A DNA stretch of 63,461 nucleotides, the filler included, from Platydemus manokwari (lineage: Eukaryota): NCBI GenBank assembly GCA_037951405.1. It is 5 parts of 5 records of this genome, joined end to end, with 100 filler letters (N's around TTAATTAATTAA, not from the genome) between each part and the next. Parts side by side here need not be neighbours in the genome. Positions count along the whole stretch, not along the records: positions 1 to 15,525 come from JBBMOY011278095.1; 4 more parts are not named here. One strand, given 5' to 3'. Position 1 is the first letter of the stretch, and each line of letters opens with the position of its first letter. Positions 1 through 14,490 of this stretch are shown one piece after another. The position numbers were made by a program, and so were the translations under genes. Below the pieces are notes generated by a model. The model did no database searches. It saw nothing but the letters and a program-made list of their open reading frames with translations, and was not told the origin of the DNA.

Positions 1-853
1 GGTGTTTAATAGAAAGTTAAAATTCCAAACAAAATTTATACTTCATAAATTGACCCCTATATCTAATTTTACTGCGTTGATCGCAATCAGAGAATATATT
101 TAGTAAGACATACCTGTAATTATATAATTAAAAATTAAGTAATAAATTAAAAGAATTAATTAATCTCACAGATTTCCAAAATAATTATTATATAATATTA
201 GCGGTTTCGAATTTCTTAGAGGCTCTTAAGTTACAATCAGAAAACAATTACCTTCAATTTTTATCTTTAAAAATAATTTTAAATTGCCACCATTATAGAA
301 AGACATTAGTACAGATCTTAAGAGTAATCAACTGTAATAAAGTTTGAAAGGTAATAAATTCGTATTTAAATCTGTTCTTTCCAAAGCATAATTATATAAA
401 CAGTGGACAATAATACGTCATTATTTAACTCAAAATTTTCATTGATTCTGGAAAAACTTTATCAGATAAAAATATTTGTTATTTTAACAGTCTTATCACT
501 AATTTCCAAAATAATGTAAATATGTTGAGAAAATTACATTTATTCATTCTCACAAGTATGTTTAAGATATAATATCCAAAATAAATTTTTTATTTACCCA
601 TATTTTTACTCTTACTAATTATTCAATAAATTGGTATTAATATTAAGAGATTTAATTAAAAATTTTAATAATAAAACAAATTGTTCGTTAATTACTGTAA
701 ATTTTTAATAAACATTATTTACTCATTTGTTTTAAATAGTTGTAAAAATTTATTATTTCAAATTTTATTGCAAGTGATTTACAATTACATTATTTTTTAA
801 TTTTAAAGTAGTTTAATTAAATATTTAAACATTAAAATTTTATTTCTAAATAG

Positions 854-3800
854 ATGTTTTCCAGCGATCCGTTATATACAGATTTAGATGCTTATAATAG
901 TGGTAATCGATTATTTAATCTAAACGATGGACAGAATATTTGGTCTTCTGATAAGATGTATCCCATTGATAACAATTTTTTCAATAAAAATAGAAATGCA
1001 TTTAACAACAATATACAAATAACAGATAGATTCAATAGAACTAATCGAAAACCACCAGGAAACAGAAGCGAAACAAATTTAATAGTTAATTACCTTCCAG
1101 ATGGCTTTTACGAAAAGGAATTATTTGAGTTATTTAGTAAAGCTGGACCTATTATCCATTATCATGTTGTCAGGAATAGAGTAACCTTATGTTTAATATG
1201 TAATATATAATAGATAAAATTAGGAAAACAGAAGTGAATGCTACGGTTTTGTTGATTTTGAGAAGTCTAGTGATGCAGAGAAAGCTATTGATATGTTCCA
1301 TCAATATCAAATACAAAATAAAAAGCTTAAAGTCCAAAATGCTGCAGAAGGCTTACTTATCAAAGAAGGTGATGAAGTATATCGAAGTTATGATTAATAG
1401 ATGTTATTTTTTGCAGAAGAAAAATATCGTGCAACCAAGGGCTTTAATAATATAGGATATAATGTTGAAATCAAAAACGCGCCTACTAGATGGACTGTAA
1501 ATGACGTAAAGGTGAATTTTAATTTATTATATATTACCCAATTTAATTAAGTCTATAAAATATTACATAATTTATTTTAAAACTTTAAGTAGTAAATTTA
1601 TCCCCATTTATCGATTTGATAAGTTACGCAATCAATTTCATGAAACTACTGTTCATATTAATAATGATAATTTTTACAGAATATTTTTGGCAAATATGGT
1701 GAGATATTGAAAGTTTATGAACATGCGAACGATGAACTATGTACAAGCGAAAATTCCACAGATATCCGCACAAAAACATTTAACGTTATTTTCCGTTATC
1801 AAACAATTGCACAGAAAGTTGTTAAAAAGAAAAACAACCAATTAGCGGAACCGATGTGGCCATTGGAATTGGAGTTATCTATTGTCGGTCAGGAATTCAT
1901 TGAAGTTCCTTTGGAAAACTCTCGATCGTCTCGGCCTCGCTCAACGAAATTACGTTTCGATCAAATGTCCGACTGTTCGTGGGATAATAAAATTGATAAT
2001 AAGTTTGACAACACCAACTACGGACAGAAAAATTATGAAAATTCCATTTTCAGTTGGGGTGACAACGTCGAACTGACTCGACCGGGATTACCTTTAACTT
2101 CCAATGGGCGACCGATATTGAAACATAAAGATAATCTAATGCATTTGAATGGTGTTTATGATGTCAATCCAACAATCGATCCCACTGACAAATGGAATGG
2201 TAATGGCTTATCAAATGAACCAAATGGCGTTTATTTCGATCATAAAATTCGTGGTTCATGTAATGATATCAAAGCAATTTGGGAACCAAAAGAATCATTG
2301 TTAACCGATCCATTACCTCAAGATATATTCGTGACGACTCCATTGTTGCCATCACGGTTTCGAAATGATGATAAAGTCAAACACAAGGCCAATATTTGGT
2401 TTAAAATGGAAAACATGCAACCGACAGGTTCATTCAAGCTACGCGGAATGGCATTTTGGTGTTATAAGGTGAGTGTTGTAGTAAATAATGATTTTGATAA
2501 ACAAATAAACAATAATCAGATCAACATTATTAATATTCATTAATTATGCATGAAATTGATCATGTGATCACATAAATGTGGGTGTGTGTGTGTTTGTGTG
2601 GTGATGATCGCAATGATCTATTTGATCTCATCCATTATTGACAGTGCCTTGAATAACAATAGCAATAATAATAGATTTCATTATTGGTTCTATTCGATAC
2701 ACATATATACATATTATCATCATTGATATCACCAATCATATTCAGGCGAAAATCGATGGCGTACAACTTGTTGTTTCTTCCAGTGGTGGCAATGCAGGCT
2801 TGGCAGCAGCATATGCTTGTCGAATGTTAAAGTTGAAATGTACAGTTGTCGTTCCCAATACCACTCCTGTTGCCATTATTGGGGAATTGCTGAAGGAAAA
2901 TGCTGAAGTCATACAAGAAGGTTCGTGTTGGAAAGAAGCTCATGCTAAAGCTGAATCAATCGTTGCTAATTATCCTCGAATCAGTCGACTTGTTCATCCG
3001 TTTGATAGTGCACTGTTATGGAGTGGTTATGAGTCGATTGTTGATGAAATTGTTACCGATATGAAAGGTGCACGATTGGATATGATTGTTTGTGCTGTCG
3101 GAGGTGGTGGTTTGTTGAATGGAATAGCCCAGGGAATAACGAAAAACAAATTAAATAAAACCACTGCTATATTGGCAATGGAAACCGAAGGAGCAGCATG
3201 TTTCAATCAGTCAATGTCAGTTAATAGAATTGTTCCAATAGTTCCAAACAGTATTGCCACTTCTCTAGGAGCTTCCAGTATCAGTCAACGAACTTGGGAT
3301 ATTTTTTGCAACAAGGAATTCCATTTATTTTCGAAAGTCTGTTCTGATGCTGAAGCAGTTGAAGCCTGCTGTCAATTTTTAAGTAAGTTTTTCATTTTTA
3401 GAGAGCTTATTTTAGGGGTTGGTTGGGGTAAACAGGGCATTCTTATATAAATATATTCAATTAGAAAATGGAGCATTTATAATTCAAATGATTTATATAT
3501 AAATTGTAATTAAAAAATTGGTGATTCTCTACAAATATTTTTGATAAAATAACTCATTTGATTCATTCATGTCATTCAGTCAACAATTGATATTATAAGT
3601 AAATAAACACCAATCGATCCGTATTGTATTTCTGTTATCAACTAATGATCCATTGAAGTCCATGAAAATCTCTATTATTGTGACAAATTACATCACCTTA
3701 GATAAATACTGTCATTAATTCGACACCTAGAAACCCATAGGGTGACTGTTAACGATATATAATCCATCCTATCTATATATTACTCAATAAATTATTCAAT

Positions 3801-4615
3801 TGATTCTACAAAACAATAGGTAAACATTCATTAAAATTCGACACCTAGAAACCCATTTGGTGCCTGGTAACAATATAATCCATTTAATATCTATTTATTA
3901 CACAATCAATTCATGTTCAAACACATGCTTTCAATCCCTATGATGATAATATGTTCTTTATGTAATCTTAATTGGTAATTAATTGTTGTTTACAGATGAA
4001 CAAAACTGCTTAGTTGAACCTGCTTGTGGAGCATCTCTGTCATCGCTTTATAATGGGACATTAGATCAAATGGCTGAATGTCGAAATTGCGATCTGAATG
4101 TTGTTATTATTGTTTGTGGTGGTCGATGTATCGATATCCAAAGTCTCTTGGAAATGAGACAAGTCTATTCTGCTATTCTACCAAGCTCCACAACCTATGA
4201 TGTCCCGTACGATAATTTGTCGAATTTCGACGTTAATGATCGATTTCTTTCCTTGAATTTGAACAAGGATAATTTCTCTGCTCCAACCGAATCTGATATG
4301 TTTTACGGTTCCTCGAGATATGATATCATATCGAATAACTATAACCAAATGTTTCCTTCAATCACCAAGAATAATGATTCCAATAACTGCACAAATTTAC
4401 TCAAATCCAATATTCTGACAGAAAATAAATTCTGTTACCATCGCAACATGAATGAAAGCAATTCTCATATAAATTATAATAGTAGTAATAATAATAATTA
4501 TCAATCATCAATGACCACCGAACAAAATTACATGTCCACCAATGATTTGATGTCTTCACCTGTTGGTAGTCAACATTCGGATAAAGAGAATCGCATGTTA
4601 CCCAATGACAATTGA
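854..4615 (+). CDS. RRM-RRM-serine dehydratase (SDS/SDSL-like) fusion protein, about 870 aa, 6 exons
   Basis: Exons 854-1180, 1224-1368, 1417-1511, 1680-2468, 2746-3382, 3996-4615; all introns GT-AG and phase-consistent (2613 nt). RRM1: ETNLIVNYLP (RNP2, ELAV/Sxl-like) and SECYGFVDF (RNP1). RRM2-like: NVEIKNAPTRWTVNDVKNIFGKYGEILKV. Fold-type II PLP motifs: KMENMQPTGSFKLRG (Schiff-base Lys codon 2436-2438), SSSGGNAG, VGGGGL, EPACGA, IVCGG. Asn/Ser-rich tail. AATAAA at 4742-4747. Confidence 0.88.
3717..3920. repeat. Diverged tandem duplication (period about 118 bp) in intron 5 of the RRM-SDS gene
   Basis: AATTCGACACCTAGAAACCCAT occurs at about 3717 and 3835, and the following sequence also aligns. 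Confidence 0.75.
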
Positions 4616-5492
4616 TTTATAACGGTCAAAGACTCAAACGAAATAACTGGTTTAGATTAGTTTTTTTTACTTTATTTTATTAATTTGATTAAATTTGATG
4701 AATAACCACTCATTTTTTAATGCGGATGTGTATTTGAGAATAATAAATCTGTATGATATTATTATGTGGTGATTATTACTGTTCTTTATTATTATTATTA
4801 TTCGGATGATGATTTGATGATTCGATGAAACATTTCGTGCTTTGTGTAAAAATTTATGTCGTAGTGTTTAATTCCTGCATTTTATAACAAATTACAACCA
4901 CAATAACAACAACAACAACAACAACCAGTAATAATAATGATGATGATAATAATACCACAGTTATTGCGCTAGGATTGTTTTATTGATATCTCTATATATT
5001 TGATATATATATTGATATATATATATATTATTATTATTTTGCGCGCTCTACCATTAGTCAGCGCTTAATTTCTGTGTGCATAGTCTATTAGATTTTTGCT
5101 CATGAAATAGATTATCTGACAATTTAAGATATTTATTTTTTGTAATTCAGTTCCTGCGGTTGAAATTTCAATTTTTTTGCATATTTTCATGGTTGACTTG
5201 TCGAGGTATCTGTATATTTATAGTGTAGTTATTTTACTAAAAATACAATTTTGCTGTTAGTTGGACTTCTTTTTTTCTATTGTACAAATTCAATATTTGG
5301 TATCAGATGAATTTCATTGGATATTCATTCGATGATTGTCGACAAATGAAATATGGGTTGTTTTAATAGTAATTTTCAAACATACATATAAATATAACAT
5401 TTCGATGCTGATATTTTTAATGTTATCAATCTATGGTGAATATTTATTAAATATTTTTCCCAAATGTGAATTACCATAGAAGATTGTTTACA

Positions 5493-8400
5493 ATGGCCTT
5501 AGTGTTGAATTTGAATTATGTGGATAATTTGGATAACAGATGCGATCGAATAATGAAGATTAACTTTAGAGGTAATCCATTTGGACCTTAATGACTTGGA
5601 CATTTGCTACCATTGATTTTGTCAGATTTCGAAAAAATTACAAAAGTGGTTCGTGGAAAGGATAGCATATATTATGGGGAACAATTTCAATGGCCTATGG
5701 GTAGGAAATTGGATGCTATAGATACTTTAGAAATGCGATTATATCAATATAGTAAATATTTAAATAACAAGTAAGATGTATTTGTTTTTTTATTGTTTAG
5801 TCTCTGCACTCAATAATTCGATGATTTATTTATAATAAATTGAAAATGATTGAGAGAGAATTTATTAATATACGCGCATATAAACGAATATATAATGTAT
5901 ATTTATAAACGAAATAAATGTACTCAATTTTACTAAAATAGAAAATTTATTCAGTTTAAAAATCATCAATTAAGTAAATTATTTGATAATTACTATGAGA
6001 AAAGCTTTGAATGGAAATCATCACTGACGAAAATCATCTGTCAACAAGTCATATTTTATCATCCGCCCCAATCTACAGTTCGATTGATGATATTTCATCA
6101 GTTTGGGGAAAAATAATTGAATAACTATTTGGGTTGAAATCAAAATCAACGAAAAATCATTATATGAATTGTTCTTCATAATTATTCTAACAACAGGATG
6201 TTTAATAAAATTACTCTTGTCATTTTATCAGTTAATTTCTTCATTTCGATAGGAAATTGTGTCGATTAATATAAAGTATAATTTTATTCTTTGAGTTGTA
6301 TGTCACTTAAAAGGTCAACCACGTCGTTACATAACATGCAAATTATTGCCCCTTGATTTTCTTTTCGATTGCGTAATTCTTGGAAAAGTGATTTGCGTTA
6401 TAAAATCAATTAATTCCAATAAGAAGTTCGGATTAATCGAAGATTAGATGTTAATCTTAGATCTACATATTAATAAATGGTTAATATTATGTTCTGATCA
6501 TGTACTAAAATCAACTCAATGAAATGTGTGTGAACAATACAGAATTATTTTTTTTAAACAAAATCCATTATATTATAAATTTGTTTGTTCTGAATTCTGA
6601 TAACAAATCTAAAATTATATTCAATAGTTTATATGTGGTCAAAACTTCACAATATTTGATGATATGCATCAACACCATCATTTGTCTTTTCATTTACATA
6701 TCGGAAACCATCTTCATCTTCAACAATTTATTTTACAATTTATCTTTGTTGGTTAGACTATACTTTCAATACAACAACTGGATTGTAAATTTTGAGGTGT
6801 TTAATAAATCAGTTGTAAAAAATCTGATTGTAACTTCTCTAATAATTACATTTACTTATTAATTGTCAGTAAAGTTTTACAGTATTATCAATATATGGAA
6901 TTTATCTTTGAGTGATCAAATATATAATAGATTTATTAATGGATAACAAAACACTGGTGAAATTGTACAATCAAGACTCATACTAAAACCATGATTCAAA
7001 CTTGTGATTCATTCATAGCATTTTCTTTGTCTGCCAAGCTATTAATACGAGCAATTTATGTAGACGATTACGCAATCAATCGTCATTATCAAGCTGAGAG
7101 AAAACCATTTTTTGTAATGAATTGCACGAGAACAGGTATTAACTCAAAGCTTGTCAACTTGAGAGCTTGAAAATAAAAAATAAATTCATAAAAAATATCT
7201 CCAATTATTTAAAATTAACCATACATTAGTGCTCACTAAATTCGAAATAATTTGTCTAATGGTATTCACCCATTGATTTTTATTAATGTCTGGCAGTTTA
7301 CTAGTTCGATTCTTCAGAATTATTCAACCGGAAAGTAAGTAAATAACTCATAAAAACAAACTGTTAATTTTGCTTTTGGCCCATAATAGATGTTGACTTT
7401 AATTTTCTAATAACTGGATGTAATGCCAGTAAATGACACTAATCTGGTTTTATGTTGAGTAGACAAATACATTCGTTTCTGTACATAAATAAATTGTAAT
7501 TGATCTCAAAAATATAATACAAATAAACTTCCAATAAACATGATCTAGATGACGTAAGTACCTTCCCAATGCATTACAATGCCTTGAAAGTCCATTATAA
7601 TTTCAAAATCACAGTATGACACAACCAGTTATTGAAATAATTATTATGAACTATTAATGAAAACATTATTTGACAACAAATATTGTAAATTATTTCCAAT
7701 CTACTCCGTTCAATACAAATCCGTTATTCATTTTATAAAGTCTCACACAAAATTGGGTGGAGCTGTTTGTTAGAATTATTAGATAGGCTAGTAAAAAAAT
7801 TGTGACTTCAACGATTTTTTGTGAATATTTTTCCTTTCTCATATTTCATTTTTATATTATAAATTTCCATTCACTGAGTTCGTTTTATGCATTAAATGCT
7901 AATTGGTTTTCTTTTGTTTTTGTAATAAACATTTTCCGTATTATATAATATAAGTTTCATAAAATACAAATAGTTATGTGTCGATATAAATTTTGATAAT
8001 CCATGTCTTTATAACACATTCTTTCCAAATATTTAATTCATTAATTTAGATGGATATTCCAATTGATTTTTAATATTGGTCATTAATATGAATTGCAAAA
8101 ATATTTTTATTATTGAAATATTTAAAATAATAATAAATGTTTATTAATCAAATTAGAGTCTCAGTGACTTTTAGATTACAGAAGTGATCTACATTGGTAA
8201 CATGAGTCTTTTGTCGCCAATTAATCCAACAATCATACGTTTTACCATTAAGAAATTTTGATTGGAAATGTATTGAATAATATGATTTTATTTCTTTTTT
8301 GTAATTGATAACCAATATTTTCAGGAAATAAAAAATATGAACACCATTTAAAAATTAAATCCATACAACAAAAATGTTTGAATTTCTTAAATCACGAAAT

Positions 8401-11400
8401 AATTTGACTTTTATTATATTAAAATTAGTTTAACTATTATGTTAATATTTTACTGACACTAGAAGGCTTGAGTAACACGTGCTTAGACGATATTTCCGGA
8501 GAAGTTAACTGAATTATCTAGAAGTTTGGAATTTATATTGATTGGTTGTTGAGGCGGTAATTTGTATAAGTGTGGAAGAAAGTGAATTATTAAATATGAC
8601 CAATTATATTGTATTTTGATATCCTCATTTGTTAGAGTAGCCTATATATTAATAATAATTTATGATATGCGTATAAACATTGAAGTTAACTTCACAAAAA
8701 TAAAATAATAAAAACGATTTTGCTAAAATACATGACCAACTATGCAATACATGACTTACAAAATATACATTCTGCGGATATTAGAAAATGTAACAAATGA
8801 CGTCGAGAATAGATTTATTTTAAACAATTGAAAATTTAAATTAACTTATTAATTGATCCAACGAAGTGTATGTAACAAGAAAATGTTAGTCAATGTCAAA
8901 ATATTTTTCAAAATAATGACAACTTCGTCGTAGTCTTCTTAAAAATCAAATTCTTCTTGACCAACGATTTTGTTAATCTCTTTTGATAATCCCAAATTTT
9001 GCCTTCGAAATTAACTTTTTGTGAAGTAAGATAGACTAATTTCTGCTCGCTTTGTATACTATTTCATATATGAGCGTTGTGTCACGGGGATATATTTTGT
9101 TGATATTTAATTTCTTCATAAAATACAAGTATTTTATTCTTTGTGGTTTGCATTTATTTTGTCTGTTACTCAATTCGGTTGTCTGACTTAAATTAATTGT
9201 AGTCTGGCTTTCACCTTTCTCTTTTATTTATTATTAATTACCTGATTATTGTTATACAATATTACTACTATTCTGTTTATTTATTTACCTAAAATTGATT
9301 TATTGATATTATTATTTTTGTATAATTTTTAAATTTATTTTATTTATTGCGCCATTTATTTATTTAAATGATCTAAAATATTTTTTGTCTTAATTTGGTT
9401 TATTTTCTATTTTTACATATTATCGAGATATCAGACTTGGGTCAGTGAAGATTATTATTATTTTACTATCACTAATATTAACGCACACTCTTTATATTAA
9501 TCAAAATAAACACTGTATGATAAATTTATAAAAGAAAATTAAATGGTCCAATGTTCGCATCGAATAATAGTGGGTTTTGACTTACAATTTTGTTTTGATT
9601 TATTGAAAAGAACATGATACAGGAGTTGCGAATTTCTATATTTGTAAATTAATTTAATAAGGTAACTAATTGCAAACTAAGATTAAGAAAATATGTTGAT
9701 TAAACCATTAATATTTTAAAAATTAAATTAAATGTTAAAAAATCTCCAATAAACTAGAAAGCAAAGAAAGATTTAGATGATTTTTATGAGGTTATAAAAT
9801 AGACATAAGAGGTACATAAAATTAATTGCGCATAGAATATTTTAGAGACGTAATAAATCGAATAAAAAGAATAATTAAAATTATTTTATAATAATTGAAG
9901 ATAATTTTAATTAGATTAAATTTAGAAATTTAAAAAAAATGATTTTAAGGAAAACTAAATGAATACGTGATTCAAATCTACCACAAATCATAGATACAAT
10001 TCATGTGACTGTTTGATTTCCAACCAATTGTTACCTGATTAGCTACAAAACTGTTGATTCAATGAAAAAAATCTAATAGTAGTAACTTTCTGAATATATT
10101 TTAGATAAACTTGGCGACTGTTATGGGCATAAACATGAGGAATATATCAGTTCTTTTAATAATTTACAGATCATGTCAAAGATTGATATTCGCTCACATA
10201 TTTATATCATTTCAACTTGGGTACTTTTATCCGATGAGTAATTTAGAATTTTCAAAATTATATTCATTTTGATGCATTGATGGTACATTGTACCATTAAT
10301 CATATTATCTATTTGATTTGATTTGTCCTATTTTAAATAATTAATCGTAATTTGTACCACCATTTGATTGGATTCATATAAATGGTTTTTAGCATTTTTT
10401 TTTACAAAATTTGTTACCACTAATCTTGTTTTATTTTATTTTGTTTCAAATAAGTTATTATATATGTTACAAAAAATATTATCGCTTTCAAAAAATATCA
10501 AATTTTTATCCAAAAATCAATTATTAGATAAAATAGTCAAATAAAAAATTCAGATGAAAAAATCAGGCTATTAATAAAAAATAATATGAAGTAGTCAAAT
10601 ATCAAATAGTTTGTTCATTGGATTGTATTGATTTGAATTTTTTTCACTGGAGCTTTAACTGAATTTTTTAGGTCTTTCTGTATTGTTAGGCATCGAGATC
10701 CACAATCAATGATCTCCAGGTTCTATGTCCTTTTCAGCTCCTCCCGTCCTTTTAGAGTTTCTCCAATGTTGCCACGTTTTATGATCCGCTTTCTCTTTGT
10801 CGCTTTAATTTTCTGTTAGCCCATATTTATTGGATGTTGTGACGTATCCTGCCGATTCTGTTTTGGCTTTTTTTTTCAATTACTCATATGCGCTAATAGT
10901 TATGGACATATTTTCGTCCTAATCCGTTTCACTATCGAAGTATATCACTAATCTTCCCATTGTTAATTCTTCTGATTCTCTTGGGTTTTTACTTTTTGGC
11001 TCTCCCAACACTTATGTTTAAAAACTAAAGAGGTTGCCATGTAAATATAAAAAATTTGCAGATAATAGATATTGAGAAAGCCTATTACTATTTTGATAAA
11101 GACTTAACAGTATTTAATAAATAAATGGCGATTTTTTTTCTATTGACTCTACTGATTAATAACTTATCAAAACTTGATGTACAAATTATCGAAATACTTA
11201 AGTTTTAGTTGGTTATTGAATGTTTGGGTGATCTCTTAATGAGAAAGAGAGCATTCATACTGAATTTATAAAGAAAATTTTTTCCATTATCCACGCGGCA
11301 CCAAGGTAAATGTTTATTTTGAAGAATAAAGTGAAGTTTTGGGTCACAGAATCAACAAAGATTGTATAAAGCATTGAAGTTAAAGAAGAAAATGCAAAAC

Positions 11401-13289
11401 ATAATTGAAATAGTTTGTGGACTAACAAATTACAATTGTAGAATAAAAGATCTGAAAGTAAATACTTTATGATTCTAATTAAAATTCTCAGCCAGTCAAA
11501 TAAATAAGCTCGTAGTCGACATCGGAGCTATGAAAGATGTGATCACTATATTTTTGGAAAGAGGAATGACTTACTACCGTGAATGGAATTTTTTCTATTG
11601 TACTAAATCCCACAATATTGAAATAGCTTATGCACTCAAAACAAATTTATACATCGAATTAGAATGCAAAAAGGATTCTATCTAGGAATATTAAAGAAAA
11701 GTAGTAAGAGAAAATACGAATTTAGCAGCTTAAAAGATAGTAGTCATGGTCGAAGAGAGAAGGAAAAATAAAACTTTCAAGGAATCGAAAATATTAAAAC
11801 GACATTCATTAAAGACTGAAAAATAATATCGAAATTCAGGGACTCGTAAATGGAAAGACAAGTTTGTTAGTTTTTGAAATAGCTTTTTAAAATGAATTAA
11901 TTATAAAAATTACAAATTTATTTACTTCATAGGTTAAAAATTTATAATGGCTTTTGTTAAGTTTAATATTTAATAATCGAGCACATCGAAGTTTTAACGT
12001 TATTATCACGAGTATCAAAATGTATAAAGTACTAGATTTATGATTAATTATCATTAATATATTATTAATTTTTAATTATTTAAATAATAATAAATACATT
12101 CTATGTATTTTTTATTTCATCTTGTTTTGATCGGACATAAGTGATATAATTTATCATTGTGTGTACGTTAGAATACAAGAAAGTAAACTTATCAAAGGCG
12201 ACGATGAACTTTTATAAATACAGATAACAGATATTGAAAGAGACCAATAAAAATTGGCATGTATGGTATATAACAAAATCGATTAAAAATAGCTTTGAAA
12301 CAACCTTCAAAATGTTGATACATACAAACACAATAAACACTTACCATTAGCCAATCAAAGGTCTTAAAATTATCAATCTCTTTGAATTTCGATTTTCAAT
12401 CGATACATACGAAGTCTAGACAAAGAATAGCGGAGTATACCAATAACACGAGAATAGGATGGCACATGTCAACGAGTAAGTCTTCAGACGGTTATAACAA
12501 ATAAAAATCGAATTTGTAAGACAGTAAGTTAACACACACACCATGAGTCTATAAAATGAGTCAACTCATAGAGGCTGTCAATTTTTATGGGCATTATTTG
12601 TAGTAATTTTTATCGCACCCATTGTGATTTTGGCATTTTTTTCTTTGAATAACTTCGATGTTTATGATTTTTGAGTGTAGTGTAACGACAAGTTTATTTG
12701 GCTTGTGAATTGTTATTTAGAAATTATTTAGAATTATATTTTTCTGTTATTCGGTCTATTATTAAACGTAACAGGTAGAACAAAACACTCGACTGGATTT
12801 CTTATCGAATCTGTTCATGTTGAATTATAGCTGGATTTATAAGTTTGCCCTTAACATGATGATTCGTGGAAATAAACAGAAAAAATAGTTATTTTTATAA
12901 TATTTTCCACACAAATTTAAAACGGATTTATTAATAGAAATGTTAAAATAAAACTTTTTGAAAATAAATAAGTTAATTTAAGAACTCGGTGTGTCTATTA
13001 GTTAGTTGCCAAAAAGAAAATTAATGGGACATCTTATTACAAATTATAATAGACGCATATACATTTATAAATTAAAGGCAGTTCAACCTCTTTCCCTTGA
13101 TAATAATGTATTAATATAATAGTTGGAGATTAACCTAATTTTATTTTATTGACATTATCGATACAAAATTAATTTCTGATTATTTTTAGATTAATAGGAT
13201 CAATGACAATTAGTCTTCAGAAATTATTAGAAGATAATAAGATTTCTTATAAAGAAAATCTCATCGATAATAATCATTCCATAATACGT
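5493..13289 (+). CDS. otof: Otoferlin-like ferlin, 5' part (C2A domain); the rest lies beyond the segment end
   Basis: Exons 5493-5571, 5626-5770, 13190-13289 splice in frame to MALVLNLNYVDNLDNRCDRIMKINFRDFEKITKVVRGKDSIYYGEQFQWPMGRKLDAIDTLEMRLYQYSKYLNNKLIGSMTISLQKLLEDNKISYKENLIDNNHSIIR. This aligns by eye with the otoferlin N-terminus (MALLIHL..DRIAKVTFRG..FRWP..NYSK..NKLIG..LQK..LIDDNN). Confidence 0.85.
10660..11030 (-). mobile_element. Degenerate 3' fragment of a non-LTR (RTE-like) retrotransposon
   Basis: Frameshifted minus-strand translation ends ..RTWRSLIVDLDA*, resembling the DRxxWRxxV C-terminus of RTE ORFs; locally higher GC. Confidence 0.35.
11170..11850 (+). mobile_element. Highly degenerate Ty3/gypsy pol fragment
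   Basis: KVKFLGHRI at about 11328-11354 (RT primer-grip motif) within stop- and frameshift-ridden purine-rich sequence. Confidence 0.35.
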
Positions 13290-13863
13290 GTAAGTATTTG
13301 CTTTTATTGAATTAAAAGGATTATTAAACATAAATCGAAAGCATTTTTAACAGAAAAGAGTTTTAATTGAATTCGTTAAATTAAATTAAAATTCATTCTA
13401 ATTAGGAATTTTTTTTCACTTCGGAGCATATGTTTAAATGAATGAAAATCGAAAAAAAATTGGTAAAAATTATTGGTTGTCGATGGGTTTATAATTTTTT
13501 TGACTTTAAATCGTATGGAAAACGTATGGATAAAATTTATTATCAATATTTTGTTTGCATTTAGAAATTTTAAAATTTATAACGAATAGTATTTCAATGG
13601 ATTAGAAAAGTATATTAATTATGTTTTTCACGCATTTTTCTATAATTAAACATTCTAATGACACCTTATTATAATAAATAATAAATCAATGGAAATAAAA
13701 GTATTCATATATAAAGTCAGGGAATAGTTGTTATTAGTTATGCGATTTTAATGTTTGGAGTTATTACTAGGCTCGGCTTTTTATTTACATTTTATCTAAG
13801 GATCTATAGATCTAAGTCCGCTTCTAATCATGAATAAATTGGCAATCTATCTATCTATCTATA

Positions 13864-14490
13864 TACACCACAACTCCAAAACTGGAACAGGTTGAATGTT
13901 CCAGTTTTAGAACGATGTTAGTTAGGCTACGTTTAATTGGTGTTTCAATTTTCATTTCCTTCTGGATAATATTGGCTTGTGCAATTAACAATGGGCATGA
14001 TATTGTTAGCACCTCTTGTCGCTTTGACACGAACCATTTATACAAGCTCTTATCAAGCTCTTCCAAGTAGTGAAGTTTTATGTTTCACATCCTTTTATAT
14101 TATTTGACAATGATGATGTAGCTTGCAATATCTTATGACTCCTTTTTCTTAGATTGAAAAGAGTAGTTCAGCCAGTCTTGTATTTATCTAATTTGATATT
14201 ATTGTCAGTGCCATTATCTAATTTTTCTAAAGTTTCATATTTAGTTAAAAATTGATTTGCTTTCGTTTTTATTTTGATGCCATTATATGGGTATGCAAAG
14301 TATTAACTTAGATACTAAAATACTCTGTCAAAAAAATCTGTGAAGTAAAAGAAATAAGCACAATAACGAATAAAAAATGGTAGTCAATAATATCCTAAAA
14401 TTGTAGTAAAATATAAGCTACAAGTATGTTAGATTTTTAAGAAGGTTTTCCCGTTTCAGGATGTCCAGTTTGAGAACGTTACTCTTTGTA
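13864..14490 (-). mobile_element. Pogo/Tigger (CENP-B/Jerky-like) transposon remnant, internally deleted
   Basis: Broken N-terminus MASK.KRKQI from 14283 and CENP-B-type HTH EELDKSLYKWFVSKRQEVLTISCPLLIAQA. Degenerate TACA..AAACTGGA terminal repeats at both ends. No DDE domain seen. Confidence 0.65.

Noticed and set aside
4660-4747. CPE-like TTTTAT motifs before AATAAA in the fusion gene 3'UTR
   Set aside because: Expected by chance at this AT content.
6524-6862. 112-aa hydrophobic ORF in the ferlin intron
   Set aside because: Composition expected of random AT-rich DNA; no motifs or supporting splice pattern.
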